DNA of 64,000 bases, taken from assembly GCA_951406725.2 (NCBI GenBank), contig OX597819.1, positions 60,202,001 through 60,266,000 of the forward strand, written 5' to 3'. Below are positions 25,740 through 39,487 of this stretch, one piece after another. The position numbers were made by a program, and so were the translations under genes. This DNA is from Octopus vulgaris. Lineage: Eukaryota. Within the stretch, counting starts at the first letter, position 1, and every line of letters starts with the position of its first letter. Below the pieces are notes generated by a model. It worked only from the letters and a program-made list of their open reading frames with translations, was not told where the DNA came from and searched no databases.

Positions 25740-25942
25740 CCCTTTTCAAGCCTGTGGCGTATGTGTCTATCGCAGCGTTACTCAAAAAAACAGGAAAAGA
25801 GAGTGAGAGAAAGTTGTGGGGAAAGAGTACAACAGGGGTCACCTGTGGAACTTTTAGGTGTTTTCGCTCAATAAACACAACGCCCGGTCTGGGAATCGAA
25901 ACCGCGAGTCCACCGCCCTAACCACTGGGCCATTGCGCCTCC
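25740..25942 (-). mobile_element. SINE family C, CpG-retaining copy
   Basis: reverse complement reads GGAGGCGCAATGGCCCAGTGGTTAGGGCG...GGTTTCGATTCC. Confidence 0.8.
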
Positions 25943-25952
25943 ACACACACAC

Positions 25953-26037
<85 letters not shown>

Positions 26038-26167
26038 TGATATGTAGAAAAATACAAACATGGACAAGAACGCATAACACTTAGAAGACGATACAACAAA
26101 CATGGACAGGACATTGGAAGCCCTCAGTCTTCAGTCAAGAACCGGATCATCGTAGTAATTTCGGCTG

Positions 26168-26205
<38 letters not shown>

Positions 26206-26829
26206 GGGTGTCGTGAAAGTCCTGATTGCGTGTCCTTTCAAGGATCAGTGCCACATAAAAGTGTGCTCGTGCCTGTGATTTATAAATGCACTTGTGCTGG
26301 CGGCATGTAAAAAGCACTCAGCACACTATTAAGTGGTTGACGTTAGGAAGAGCATCCGGTCGTAGAAACCATGCCACAACAGACAAATGGAGTCTGGACC
26401 ACTCCTTGGCTAGCCAGCTCCTGTCAAACTGTCCAACCCATGCCAGCATGGAAAATAAATGTTAAACAATGATATATCATCATCATCATCGTCATTTACT
26501 GTCCATTTTCCAAACTGGCATGGGTTAAACATTTTGACTGAAGCTAGTAAACTGGAGAGCTGCACTAGGCTCCAGTCTGTTTTGGCTTGATTTTTTTTAC
26601 CGCTGGATGCCATTCTAATGCCAACCACTCTACAGAGTGTACTGGGTGCCTTTTACATGTCACCAGTGCAGGCCACAATTGTGATTTCACTTAACTTGGC
26701 ATGTCTTCTCAAGCACAGCAAATTGACAGAGATCTTGAAAAATATTTCATAATTTGTGTTGCTGACTATCATGTATGTCACATGAGAATGGCTCTGTCTG
26801 GCTTTTTTAAAAAACTTTACTCACTTTAA

Positions 26830-27039
26830 CCCTTTCGTTATTTCTGTTATTTCTGTTTCTTTCAATTACTTTAAATATAACAAAGAATTTAGTAAAATAA
26901 CATCGTTATCATTAAGCTAGTGTTAGGAACATAAATTGTGACTACGATTTAGTGGAAGGTTTGAATTCAAAGCTTATGAAAACAAGACATTTATACTAAA
27001 GAGCCAGAGCCGATTTCAGCTGGATTGGTAACGAAAGGG
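26830..27039. mobile_element. piggyBac-type MITE, single copy
   Basis: TTAA|CCCTTTCGTTA ... TAACGAAAGGG|TTAA; body matches 1530-1749. Confidence 0.85.
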
Positions 27040-27564
27040 TTAAACATCCACCTGTTCAGCATAGGGAACATATTTTTAAAGGTAGACAGGAGGAGGAGGG
27101 GGCCCTCTTAAGCTGGTAAAAATGTGGTTTCCTAGAAAAAAGAAAGTAAGTAGGAAATTCTAAAGAGTGTCAGTTCTGGAAAGAAAAGAAGGATGGTGCT
27201 AAGTGTGACAAAAAATTGAGGAAACAAAAGAAGTGGGGTTAAGTGATTATTATTTAGTGCAAAGAAATAGGTTGTTTTTTAGCTCCTGTTAAGAGACCGA
27301 TAGAATAAGTACTAGGCTTACAAAGAATAAGTCCTGGGGTCGATTTGCTCGACTAAAGGTGGTGCTCCAGTATGGCCGCAGTCAAATGACTGAAACAAGT
27401 AACAGAGTAAAAGAGTATATAAATCATAGCCATGGCCAATGCCAGTGTTGCATAACTGGCACCCATGCCAGTGGCACGTAAAATAAAAAGCATGCTTCGA
27501 ACTTTGGGCCTCATGGGGTCAGTGACAAGTGACTGAGACCATTGGCAATATACCATGCTTGAAA

Positions 27565-27776
27565 GGCAGCAAGCTGGCAGAAATGTTAGCGCACCGGGTG
27601 AAATGCTTAGCGGTATTTTGTCTGCCTTTATGCTCTGAGTTCAAATTCCACCAAGGTTGACTCTGCCTTTCATCCTTTCAGAATTGATAAGTTAAGTACC
27701 AGTTGTGTACTGGAGTTGATCTAATTGACTGGCTGCCTCCCCAAAAATGACGGGCCTTGTGCCTAGAGTAGAAAAG
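27565..27776 (+). mobile_element. SINE family B inserted in an RTE 3' UTR, ~16-bp target duplication
   Basis: flanks AATATACCATGCTTGA (27547) and AATATACCGAGCTTGA (27777). Confidence 0.8.
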
Positions 27777-28033
27777 AATATACCGAGCTTGAGAAGACCT
27801 GTGGAGCCAAGTGAGTTCATAGTCATGGCCAATGCCAGTGTTATGTAACTGGCACCTGTCCCGCTGCCTTGTAAAAAAGCATCCACTACACTCTTGGAGT
27901 GGTTGGCATTAGGAAGGACATCCAGCTGTAGAAACCATGCCAAATCAGATTGGAACCTGGTGCAGCTCCCCACCTTACCAGTTTTCAATCAAGCCATCCA
28001 ACTCATGCCTGCATGGAAAACTGATGATGACGA

Positions 28034-28103
<70 letters not shown>

Positions 28104-28233
28104 ATATATTATCATATATTTATATATATATGTATATATTTATTTATATATATATGTATATATATTTATATATATTTATATATGTATCATCATCATCATT
28201 GTTTAACGTCCGTTTTCCACGCTAGCACAGTTG

Positions 28234-28340
<107 letters not shown>

Positions 28341-29914
28341 CCATGCTAGCATGGAAGACAGAAGTTAAAAGATGATGATGATAATACACACACACATACA
28401 TATATGTGAATGTATGTTTGTATGTATGTGTTTGTGAGAGTGTGTGTACATGGAGTTCTTTCAGTTTCTGTCCTCCAAATACACATACAAGTTTTTGGTT
28501 GGCCCAGGGCTATAGTTGAAGACACTTGCCCAAAGTACCACATGATGGGACTGAACCTGGAACCATGTTGTTGGGAAACAAACTTCTTACCACACATGCT
28601 TGTGCTTAAGGCTTTTCTGAAGGCTTAAATTATATTTTTAAAAATCCATAGTGCGCTGTGGTATGATGTTTGAGAACCATTGAAATAAATGCGAAAAGGT
28701 AGTTTGTATGTCTGCTCTTCTAGCTTCTTATACTAGATACGTGTGTTACTTCTAAGGTAACCTGCCAAAACCAGCTGTTATTTTTATCATGACAGAAATA
28801 TGAGCCAGCCTGAATGAACAGCTTACAGCCTATCTGTACCTGTTGCTTTATCTCTTACTCATTGAAACAATACTTTTCTTTAAAGATAGAATTACAATGA
28901 CAAAATAGTGATAATTCTGGATATGTTTGGTCTTATTAGACCTCATCAGTGAAGTATAGATTTACCAGTAATTAATTTCCTTCAGCCATTATTAGTATGG
29001 CTCTTTGCATAATAACCTATGGATTCTTTTCTTTTTTAACCTTTGCTCTGTAACCAACCTTGGGCCTATACCCGAAGCATTGTTAATTTTTCTTTTCCTC
29101 ATGGTATATACAAATTCATTCGTTATTATTCCTTTTGCATTCTTCTTGCCGAAGCTAACTCACAATGGATTCTTCAGATTCTGGAACTTGTTGGCAACAG
29201 TAGCATCACAAATTACAACACTAATGTAATACATCACATTATACAGACTATCAACTTGCCAAATTGTTTACTTAAAATTATTGAAGATAAGAAGGCAAAT
29301 ATGGATCTGCGAAATTTGTAAAGAAATATCTGAATCTCATTTTATTACCACTAATATCAAATAAATTTCTATCATTGAGATAGTCTTCTTACTAAAAGTG
29401 GTCTTTTTATTCATCATTTAGCTCTTGTTGTGGTGTTTGTGCAGGGATTAATGTAACTGTTGAATTGTCAATGATTAGAGCTTTGCTCTTTTGCTTGTTT
29501 CGTTCATTAGACTGTGGTATGCTGGGTCACTGCTTTAAAGAGTTGTTTTTTTTTTTTTTGTAGTTCTATGAATTGACCCCACTACTTATCCTATCAGTCT
29601 TTCTTTGCTGCACCGCTAAGTTAAAGGAGCATAAACACACAGACACTAGTTGTCAAATGGTGGTGAGGGACACAGACACAAAGGCACACACACATGTGCG
29701 TGCGCACAATGGGCTTCTTTCAGTTTCCATCTACCAAATCCATTCACAAAGCTGTAGCGGCACAAGCAGTCAGCGCCATATTGGATGAGATCTCGCGGCA
29801 ATCATTGCCATCTCCAAGACTGGAGCGAGACCTCATCTGCATCCATTTGCCATGCGCGAGATCACAACGAGGCTCATGATGGCAAACTGTATATAAGGAC
29901 AAAACAGAAACAGA

Positions 29915-30540
29915 TTCATTTCTGTGCACTTGAAAAGAGGTATCATCACTCATGTCTATACCTAGGTCCCTCACTGATTTAGGTTCTGGGATTGAAATTC
30001 CCTGTGTACTCTGTAAGTTTCATATTCAGTTTTGGATGCTGGTAGAGCAGGGCTTGGAATTTTTCAGCGTTAAACTGCATATTATTATCCTCAGCCCATC
30101 TGTAAATTGAGTCCAACTCCTGCTGCAGGTGTGCAACATCACTGGGGTTCTGTATTTTCTGTGAGGCTTTCATATCATCTGCATAGATTGCAAGTGTGGC
30201 TATCCGGACACTTGAGGGCATATCTGAGAGGGCCACTATAAAAAGCAGTGGTCCCAAGACAGTGCCCTGTGGAACACCGCTCTCTGTTTGTGTGTTCATA
30301 GAGGTGGCTCCATTAGCCACTACTGCCTGACTATCTTTCAGAAAGTCATGTAACCACTCTCCAAGTTTTCCAGCTACGCCAAGATCACACAGTTTGTGGC
30401 ATATCATACCATGATCCACCTTGTCAAAAGCTTTTGCAAAATCAAGGTATATTACGTCCACATTTGAGTTGTTGAGTAACTGCCTCAACACCCAGTCATA
30501 ATGTTGTAAGCGCTGGGTCAGGCAGCTCCTAATTGTTGAA
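29915..30540 (-). mobile_element. CR1/Jockey-group LINE reverse transcriptase fragment
   Basis: DVIYLDFAKAFDKVDH, SGVPQGTVLGPLLF, YADD, WAEDNNMQFNAEK, then RDLGI in another frame. Confidence 0.92.
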
Positions 30541-30609
30541 ATGCAATTAATTTTCGCCATAAATCAATTAATAAATAGGATTTCTGTTAGAATGGGAAAA
30601 ATATAAGCC

Positions 30610-31000
30610 TATCTGCCCTGAGGAGGTTTTTGCTTTTCTCAACTTCATAAATCATCTTAAATGTGCAAATTTGGATGGAGCAATTAACCGAAATGTTGTG
30701 TAGGCAATATGAATTGACTATGATAATAAATAAATTGATTATCCTATGTATGTATTCTCCATTTTCTTTATGTTGTTAAAAGTTTTTCTCCTATATCAAA
30801 AACAATGGAAACTTCTATAGCGACAACTGGAGTTTCAGAAGTGTAAGGTACTAATATCAAAGAAGAATCAACGATAAACACTAGTACATATACACATGTA
30901 GAATTTCCAAATTGTTAATCAATATAGAGCTAGACTGGTGTACACTTGGATAAAATTTATCCCTAGGAAAAAACAACCTCTTTCCATACAGACTTTAAAC
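30610..31000. repeat. Dispersed unclassified repeat, second copy at 40600-40985
   Basis: GTAGGCAATATGAATT...GATTATCCT...GAAACTTCTATAG...TTTATCCCTAGGAAA shared by both loci. Confidence 0.75.
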
Positions 31001-31288
31001 ATATAGGATCTTTTCTGTTTGGCTACCAAGGTTTCAAAAATCAAAGTTTATTAAAAATTAAAAATTTTTAAATTTGGTACATTAATGTAGATTTCCAAGC
31101 TGAATTGCTGGAGTTATTTCACTTTTTCCAGAAAATTTTAAAAAAAGTTATAGAGGTTTAAAGTTTGACAATTTTCGCTCTGTCAGGAAACAGGATTTGG
31201 AAACTGTCATTTTGTGTGTGACTGCACATTTTGGCAACATCCTGAAAATAGCATTTGTGTTTTTATATGAAACCGTAAATAGATGAAT

Positions 31289-32805
31289 TACGACATATAA
31301 CCCCTCAAAACTTTTTTTATTTTTTGAAGATTTCAGAAAAATTTTGCATATTTGTATTCTACATGCCGTACTTCATACAATTATGCAAAAGAAGAAATTG
31401 TTGGGGTTGCGTGATTTAAGGCCTATTTGGCTGTTATTTTTAGCACATCTCACAACCACCTCAATAATAAAAAAAAAACACGTGTTTTGTAGTTGTAAGC
31501 ATTCGATATTCATTTAATGCTATAAACAGCACGTTACAAATGAACTATTTCTCAAAATAAGAAACTTATAGCAACTTATACCCAAGAACAAAATAGCACA
31601 TTACAAATTAAATATTTTTTTAAAACAAACACCACCAACCTTAACTGGATAATGGAGCAAGTCCTCTGCACATACTTCCCTAACATAGCTGTTATAATCA
31701 ACAGATGTGCAATGGCTCATTTCCAGCTCTTCAACACAAAACTGGACTGAAGTCAATTTCTTAACCCATGAGAAAAGGTAAAACACTATAGTTCTAAGAG
31801 GAAGGGTGTCACCTTCAAACCATGTGTCTTTCCTCACTGACACAAATTTTATGCATCCTTGGCGTCAATACATATTCTCACCACGTTTTCTTGTACTCAT
31901 AAGATGCTTCTTCATTTTGCATAATTTTCTTTTGGGAATAACACTCTTTTCTTGCAAGTAGGAAACTGCATCCTTCTCTAGTGCATGATTTAAGGCCTCT
32001 TTGGCTGCTATTTTTAGCATATATGACAACCATCTCAATGACTGGAACTTTAGTCAACACATGCTTACTCTCATGTTTGGCTTGTTACTATGGAAACAAG
32101 CATGAATGTGTCTGTGGCTTACGATTGGCTAAAATTGCACATCAAACTTGGGCGAAAATGATTTTCATGGCATTGATTAGCCTATACACTGAATATGAAA
32201 TCAATTCGAACTGAAATTGACCTTGGCAGTCAAACAAAAGATTCTATATGGATATATATATATTATATATATATATACTAATGGTTTCACGTTCATATAT
32301 ATATATGAGCATACACTTTGTTGTTCATACACCTCTGAAAATTTCAACTGGCTTCTTCAGGCTTTATACCAATGGTATAATAGAAGACATTTGCCCATGG
32401 TGCCATGCAGTGGGACTGAACCCGGAACCATGTGGTTGGGAAGCAAACTTCTTACCACACAGCCGCTCTTGCGCCGATGTTTATTTTTTTTTAAATAATG
32501 GGGGAAATTATTTTAAAATCACAGTTTAAAGTACGGACACACCGAATTTTTAGCTTAAATCCCAGCAATAAACCGTTAAATGTGTTTATGGGGAGAAAGA
32601 TATCGAAAAACAAGCGGGGAGGGTATGAGGTGGTCGTCAGATGTGCTAAAAATAACAGTTAAATAGGCCTTAAATCACGCGCGATTTTTTTTATATTTGG
32701 TTTCGCATAATCCTATGAATTCCCCTGTGTAGAATACAAATTCGTAAAAATTTTCTGAAAATTCCCCCAAAATAAAAGAAGTTATGAGGGGGTTATTTGG
32801 CGTAC
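31289..32805 (-). mobile_element. Merlin (IS1595/ISXO2-like) DNA transposon remnant with long TIRs; transposase fragment ~31625-31900
   Basis: SVRKDTWFEG..LPLRTIV...SW...LEMSHCTSVDYNSYVREVC...VGG matches the segment preceding the VEIDE motif in Merlin transposases; 31289-31465 is inverted at 32627-32805. Confidence 0.8.
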
Positions 32806-32940
32806 ATAAAACAGAATTCCGTCAGAACGGGATACACAAAACAAAGGAGCAAGTTTACGTAGTCGTATGTCGCTTTTTATTGGCTCTTTTTTCAAAAGTG
32901 ATAGGAGAAAATAGCGGGAAATTCAATCGACGAAACAAAA

Positions 32941-32956
32941 ATGACTTACAAGCGCG
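32941..32956 (+). CDS. SLC46A: Predicted first coding exon of SLC46 paralog B (MTYKR + G, phase 1)
   Basis: caaaATG context, gtaagt donor at 32957 in a CpG-retaining region; phase 1 joins in frame to the 56543 acceptor. Confidence 0.5.
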
Positions 32957-33090
32957 GTAAGTTTTTTTTTATTATAATCTCTGCTGGGTATGAACATTTT
33001 CGTCAAACCGCTTGTGTAACAATAAAAAGTCTACTTCAATATCGTTGAAACTATTTGTCTTCCATACTTGTATTATACATGGGTGTGTAA

Positions 33091-33298
33091 GGCGGCGTGT
33101 TGGCAGAATCGTTAGCGCGCTGGGTGAAATGCTTAGCAGTATTCCGTCTGTCTTTATGTTCTGAGTTCAGATTCCGCCGAGGTCGACTTTGCTTTTCGGG
33201 GTCGATAAATTAAGTACCAGTTGCGTACTGGGGTCAATCTATTCGACTGCCCCCCCTCCTTCAAAATATCGGGCCTTGTGCCTAGAGTAGAAAAGAAT
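33091..33298 (+). mobile_element. SINE family B
   Basis: matches 27565-27776. Confidence 0.85.
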
Positions 33299-33601
33299 GT
33301 GTGCGTTTATGTGTAAGAATTTTCCGAAGTCCTCTCCCCACCTCTTAGAAAAGATTTTCCCCACAAATTTCTTTATAATCGTAATGTATACCATTTGAAA
33401 GGTATTTATATAAAATTTCATTGAAAAAACTCCATTTTCCTAAAAGTTATGAGGGAAAAACTCGAACCATGTGAATTTTCCGAGGTATTCTCCCTACCCT
33501 CCCGTTGCTTTGCGCACATTTTTTTTCATATTCGTTTCCTACATATTTTTTTACACTCGTTGCACTATTTTTTTTTCTGAGTTATAAACATTAACGAAAA
33601 G

Positions 33602-33984
33602 AATAATGCTTGTTCTTGTTTCAACCATGGTTGCCTCTGTTGTTTACTTTGTAAAACAGTAAGGGGAGAGGGTTGCTAGCACATCACCCTCTACCCACAT
33701 TTCTCCCATCCACATCTTTACCAAATGGAGTCCTAACAAAATCCAATAATAAGTATAGATGCAAATCTATCTAATTACTTGTCTCCTTCTAAAATCAGGG
33801 ATAACTTGGCGATCGGTCGATTTACAACACCACTCTTCGTCTTGCGGTCAAACTATTTGTTTTGCTCGGGTCAAACCCTTTTGTTTGACTGAGTGTGTTT
33901 GTTAACTTGACAAGGTCAAGGTGAGCTCTGATTGGCAAATGAGTTCATTACGGTCCGGAACTCTCATGGGGAAAAACAATTCGC
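33602..33984. mobile_element. Partial copy of the 21058-21606 element
   Basis: near-identical internal block GGGGAGAGGGTTGCTAGCACATC...GGCGATCGGTCGA and right TIR. Confidence 0.8.
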
Positions 33985-34399
33985 TTCCCGCTCTGCTTTC
34001 GAAATATCCGGACATTTGTTTTAAAACGTCTGTTCTATCGCGCATGCGCAGGAGGATGTTAACGAACAGCCTGCAGACGACACTTCGGTTGGGACGTCTT
34101 AATGGGGTCCCTCGACCTACATGAATTAACAGCTAAATCTCCCTCGACCTACATGAATTAACAGCTAAATCTGCCTTAAACCATATACCTGAAGCGTCTT
34201 ATAAAATTAAGGACACGTTAAAATAATATATTCCAAGTTATCTTTTACTTGCTTCGACTATTGTATTGCTGCCGTGTTATAGCACCGCCTTGAGTTTTAG
34301 TCGAAAAAAAATCGACTCCATGAACATTTTTATAACTCTGGTATGTATTCTATCAAACTTTTTAGCGAAACCGCTAAGTTACGGACACGTACAGAGGAC

Positions 34400-35616
34400 A
34401 GCGCACATGACGGAGACGTACCCCCCCACACACACACACACACGCGCGCACTTTCTTTTTTTTTAAACGGAAACCCACGTTTTCGGCTATGGGAGATTCT
34501 GATTCCGAAAAAAAAAAAAAAAAAATTGCAAAAATCGCGATTTCAAAATTCCACTTACCCTCCACCCATTTCTTCATTTTTCACTTTTTTCAGAAATTTT
34601 TTTTTTCTGTGGAAATACGTAGTAAAATACGGAGATTATGATTCTGAAGAAAAATTGTTTGTAAAATTTCAAATTTTCAAAAAAAAAAAAAAAAATTTAA
34701 TTACAACAACCCTGATTCTGCAGCCTTCAAGCAGGCTATCCACATGCTAGAAATAACAGCTAAATCTCACACAAACTTTTTTGCCACATGCGTACATACT
34801 TTATCGAATGCTTTGCTGTATCACTCTTTGCTTTTTCCTTGGATAACATGGAATGGGTAGGCTGGTATGCGTGGGTGACTGCTAGTCTTCCATAAACAAA
34901 TTTGCCTGGACTTGTACCTTGGAGGGGAATTTTCTAGGTGCAATCTCATTGTCGTTCATGACCAAAGGGGATCTTTATCCTTTTCCCCTACTAGATATTA
35001 GTAACCATACTGGTCCTCTACTAAAACCTGCACTGCCACATCTCCTTCTCATGGATTATTCCCTTGTCCACTGGCACGAAGCTGACCCCACCCCACAGGA
35101 TTTGTAGTTCTGTGAGTGATGATGTTAACTACTCTGTTGGTGATGACAAGGCAATGATGAACATGATTATAAGCAAGTTAGAATTGTTTTGTATATGTTT
35201 ATATATATGTATGCATGTGCGTAGATAGTAGATTGATTACATATTTCTTTCATTATTTCATCGCAGCATATATGTCGAAAATTTTATTAAAAAATATCAA
35301 TTTTTCTGCAAGTTAAAACAAAGTTTGTGTGAGATTTGGCTGTTATTTCTAGCATGTGGATAACCTGCTTGAAGGCCATAAAATCGGTGGGGGGGGGGTT
35401 GAAAAATTGAAATTTTGCAAACAAATTTTTTTCAGAGTCATAATCTCTGTATCTTTCTATGTATTTTGCCCCCCAAAATTTCTGAAAAAGTGAAAAATGA
35501 AGATTTTTGCAAATTTATTTTCAGAATTGGACCCTCCATAGCCCTCCATGGGTTTCCGTAAAAAAAATTTTTTTAAAGTGGGGAAGCAGTTGGGCTACAT
35601 CTCCGATACGTGCACC
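34400..35616. mobile_element. Foldback-type element with ~300-bp imperfect TIRs
   Basis: 34400-34778 is inverted at 35320-35616 (CCACATGCTAGAAATAACAGCTAAATCTCACACAAACTTT / AAAGTTTGTGTGAGATTTGGCTGTTATTTCTAGCATGTGG). Confidence 0.78.
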
Positions 35617-36000
35617 TTCTTTTCTTTTATCTTTTGTTTCAGACTGCAGCCATACTGGGACACCATCTTGAAGAATTTTAGTCGAACACATCGACCCCAG
35701 TACTTTGGTTTTTAAGCCTAGTACTTATTCTATTGGCCTCTTTTGCAAAAACTACGAAGTTACAGTGGTATAAAGATATCGATACCAGTTTATCAAGCAA
35801 TGGGAGGGGACAAACACAAACACACACACATACACTTATATATGATGGGCTTCTTTTAGTTTCCATCTACTGAATCCACTCTCAAGGCTTTGGTCAGCTC
35901 AAGATTATAGTAGTTGACACTTGCCCTAGGTGCCATACAGTGGGACTAAACCTGGAATCATGGTGTTGAGAAGCAAACTTCTTACCACACAGCCACACCT
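35617..36000 (-). mobile_element. SINE family A
   Basis: reverse complement of family A, diverged. Confidence 0.82.
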
Positions 36001-37312
36001 GAAGAAACAGTTTCTGGCAGTCCTACAAGCTATTATTATTTCTGACTCTATTCTGTAGGAATAGTCAGAAATTATCAAGTGTGCCAAAAGTCTTAATTTC
36101 TTTGGACCTGTATATATTTTAAGCATCATCAATTACAAATGTGGAAAAAAAAATAACAAAAAGTGATTTCCCCACTGTTATGTATGTAAATTATCAGTTT
36201 TCACTTTTTCAAAAAATTTTGGAATTTTGTTACACATAAGCTTAAAGAATCAGGATTTCTAATGTTTAAAACATAAATCTGAGAAAGGAAAAAAAAAAGC
36301 TCCTTTTTTTCAGGTTTGATATCTACAATGCAAAGCTGAAGAAATTACAGTTTTTGGTGCACTAGCTAGATTTTCATTCTATTCCCTAGAAATACCAAAA
36401 CTTTCTTTTTCACAGTTTCAATTCTTTCAAATTACTTCTGCCCCTATACCCAGCTATTCAGAATAATGACACCCACCTAAAAGGAATAAATCCATTAGCA
36501 TAGTGGGTAACTGACAAAAACTTGAGTTACTCCAAATATTAGGGATATTTTTGACCCCTTACTCTCTTTATTAATGAGAAAAGGAGTTCTAAAATGACTG
36601 ACCCTCAAAACCCCATACTTCATAGGAATGGTTTAGAAGCATATATTGCAACCATGTGGTTTCAGGCTTAGTCCTGTTGTGCAGCATCTTGGGTTAGTGT
36701 CTTCTACTATAGCCCTGGGCCAACCATTGCCATGTGAGTGAGCTTGGTTGGCAGAAACTGTGGAAGCTCATCACACATATATATATATGTGTTTGTGTGT
36801 ATGTATGTCCACTATTCTTTGATGACTGGGGTTGGTTTATTTATGTGTTTTGTCTGTAACTTAGCAGTTTGTCAAAAGAGACTGATAGAATGTCAAACTT
36901 AAAAAGTATATACTGGAGCCAATTTGTTCGGCAAAGCCCTTCAAGGCAGTGCTCAAGTATGGTTGCAGTTCAGTGCAACAGAAATAATGATTTTGAAAAA
37001 ACATTTTTCCAAAAGTTTCAATCCCCATTCCTACTCCCTTACGATGCCATTTTCCTTTTCTATGGAGGTAGGAAAAGCTATTCTAAAACTTCATCAAAGT
37101 TTGCATCCATACAATTCTTTCTTTGCTATGGACAAGTTTTAAAAGTTTAAAATTATTTTAATTTTATTAAGCATGGCAATTTGATGATCCCTTTTTCAAG
37201 AATTTATCCTGTATAGTGTTTGATATTCTTGTGTATGTCTATTGTGTTTCCATATATGTCACTGGCCACTCTGGGTCATTTCTCGAAGCTAATCTTTGTT
37301 TAGAATATGTAT

Positions 37313-37698
37313 AGGTGCAGGAGTGGCTGTGTGGTAAGTAGCTTGCTTATGAACCACATGGTTCCGGGTTCAGTCCCACTGCATGGCACCTTGGGCAAGT
37401 GTCTTCTACTATAGCCTCGGGCCGACCAAAGCCTTGTGAGTGGATTTGGTAGACGGAAAGTGAAAGAAGCCTGTTGTATATATGTACATATATGTGTGTG
37501 TGTCTGTGTTTGTCCCCACAACATCACTTGACAACCGATGCTGGTGTGTTTGCGTCCCCGTAACTTAGCAGTTCGGCAAAAGAGACTGACAGAATAAGTA
37601 CTAGGCTTACAAAGAATAAGTCCTGGGGTTGATTTGCTCGACTAAAGGCGGTGCTCCAGCATGGCCACAGTCAAATGACTGAAACGAGTAAAAGAGTA
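37313..37698 (+). mobile_element. SINE family A, full length
   Basis: close match to 4151-4553. Confidence 0.92.
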
Positions 37699-39396
37699 GA
37701 TTACCACAGCCTCATACTATCGACGCACCCAACTTTTCAATGACAAAAGCAACAAAAGCAACAACAGTGCAAAATAGCAATATAAAATGTCATTGTATCT
37801 ATGGTTTCATACAGCACAGTGTACATTAAGCAGTAAATTAATAGCAGCTTATGATGTATGTTACAATTTAATCAGTGGGGTTGTGATGTGTGTCTATGTG
37901 TGCACGTGTGTGTGTGTGTTGTTTTACGGTTTAGTCAAAGGAAGAAGACCTCCCCTCCCTGCTTATCTTCGAACATAATTGATATACTAGCTGAAAACAC
38001 TTTTTTTTTTAAAGATGTCTTGTTATATAGCTTTATTTACATTTTATGATAATTTTATAATAATCATCAACCAATTTGATAATTATTATAAAACCGACTA
38101 AGTGAAAAAGCAAAAAGCTAAATTCTGGGAATTTTTCTTAAAACAAAAGCTATCAGGGCAGCCCCGATTAAAAAAATTAACTTCACTAACTTCATGTTTT
38201 GCTCGGCACATAAAACAAAACAAAACTACAGTAGCAAGATATTTTGGTATGTTATGTGTGACTGTCAAATCATGTCATTCATTGTCAAAACGAGTGTGTG
38301 TATGTGTGTCAGAGAGAAGAAACCAGTAAAGGGATAGGAGAGGAGAGATGATAAAGAGCGAGTGAGAGGTGGTTGATATGTAAGAAGTATGGGTGGCTTG
38401 ACATTAAACTTTGATGTGAATAGGAGTACATAACCAAGTCACACACACACATGTATGCAAGTGTGTTAGAATACATGTACACATGTATATAGAAGTGTTT
38501 ATGTACACACACATACACTTATTAAATGTAGAATATTAGAGTAGACTTTATGATTATGTAACTAAATTTCTAAGACGAAACCTTGATCATTGTCAGTGAA
38601 ATAACACAAAAAACATTATTTTTATGATAAGAAATATTGCAATTGAAAGAATTAATGATTTATTCTGTAGTTCTATGGTAAGTGGATAACTTCATTTTTA
38701 ATCTCTTTTAAAAGCATGTCTGGTCAATGGGAAATATTACCTTACTTGGAAAGAGGTGAGAGTTGGCAACATGAAGGGCATCCAGCTGTAGAAAATCTAT
38801 CTCAACACATTCTGCCCAACCCATACAAGCCTGGAAAATAGATTATAATCATGATTATAATGATGATATTTCAAGTGAATTAACATAATATATAAAGAAT
38901 TGACAAATCATTAATACTCTCTTCACAATGTAAAGAATCTCTCTGTATTATTTCTTTATTGCTTTCATATATCACAATACTTCAAGCTAATTACTTTGTT
39001 CTTAATTATTATTAAGTTTGTTCATGCAATTGACTATTTGATGTTCTTTTTCTTTATCAATTTTTGCTTATTTAAAGACATAGGTAAGGTTAACAATTAT
39101 ATATATAAATGGAAATGGCATCAGAAGGGCAATTCATACCCTGTGTGCAGATAAATTTTTTCTCAAATTATAGTGTGGCCTACAATGCGTTGCTTACCCG
39201 TGCTTTTTAATTGAACTGATTTTTTTTTTGTTTTTTAAGTATCACCATTATAGGTATTTATAGTCCGGTGAAATTAAGAAATCAACATGTAAATAAATGA
39301 AACCCTCAAATCCATCACTGTATATGCACACGTGCACAAACACACACACAGTCACATATCTATGTATGTATTTATGTATGTTTGAAGATAATCAAA

Positions 39397-39487
39397 GTGA
39401 GTGGCCCTTTGTGACCAGCAGAGGTAGGAGCTCTCTGAACTTTGCCCAGGCTATTCTTATTCTAGCAGCTACACTTTTAGAGCATCA
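39397..39487 (-). mobile_element. Small RTE LINE fragment
   Basis: matches 877-965 (ACCAGCAGAGGTA...GCCCAGGCTATTCTTATTCTAGCAG). Confidence 0.8.
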
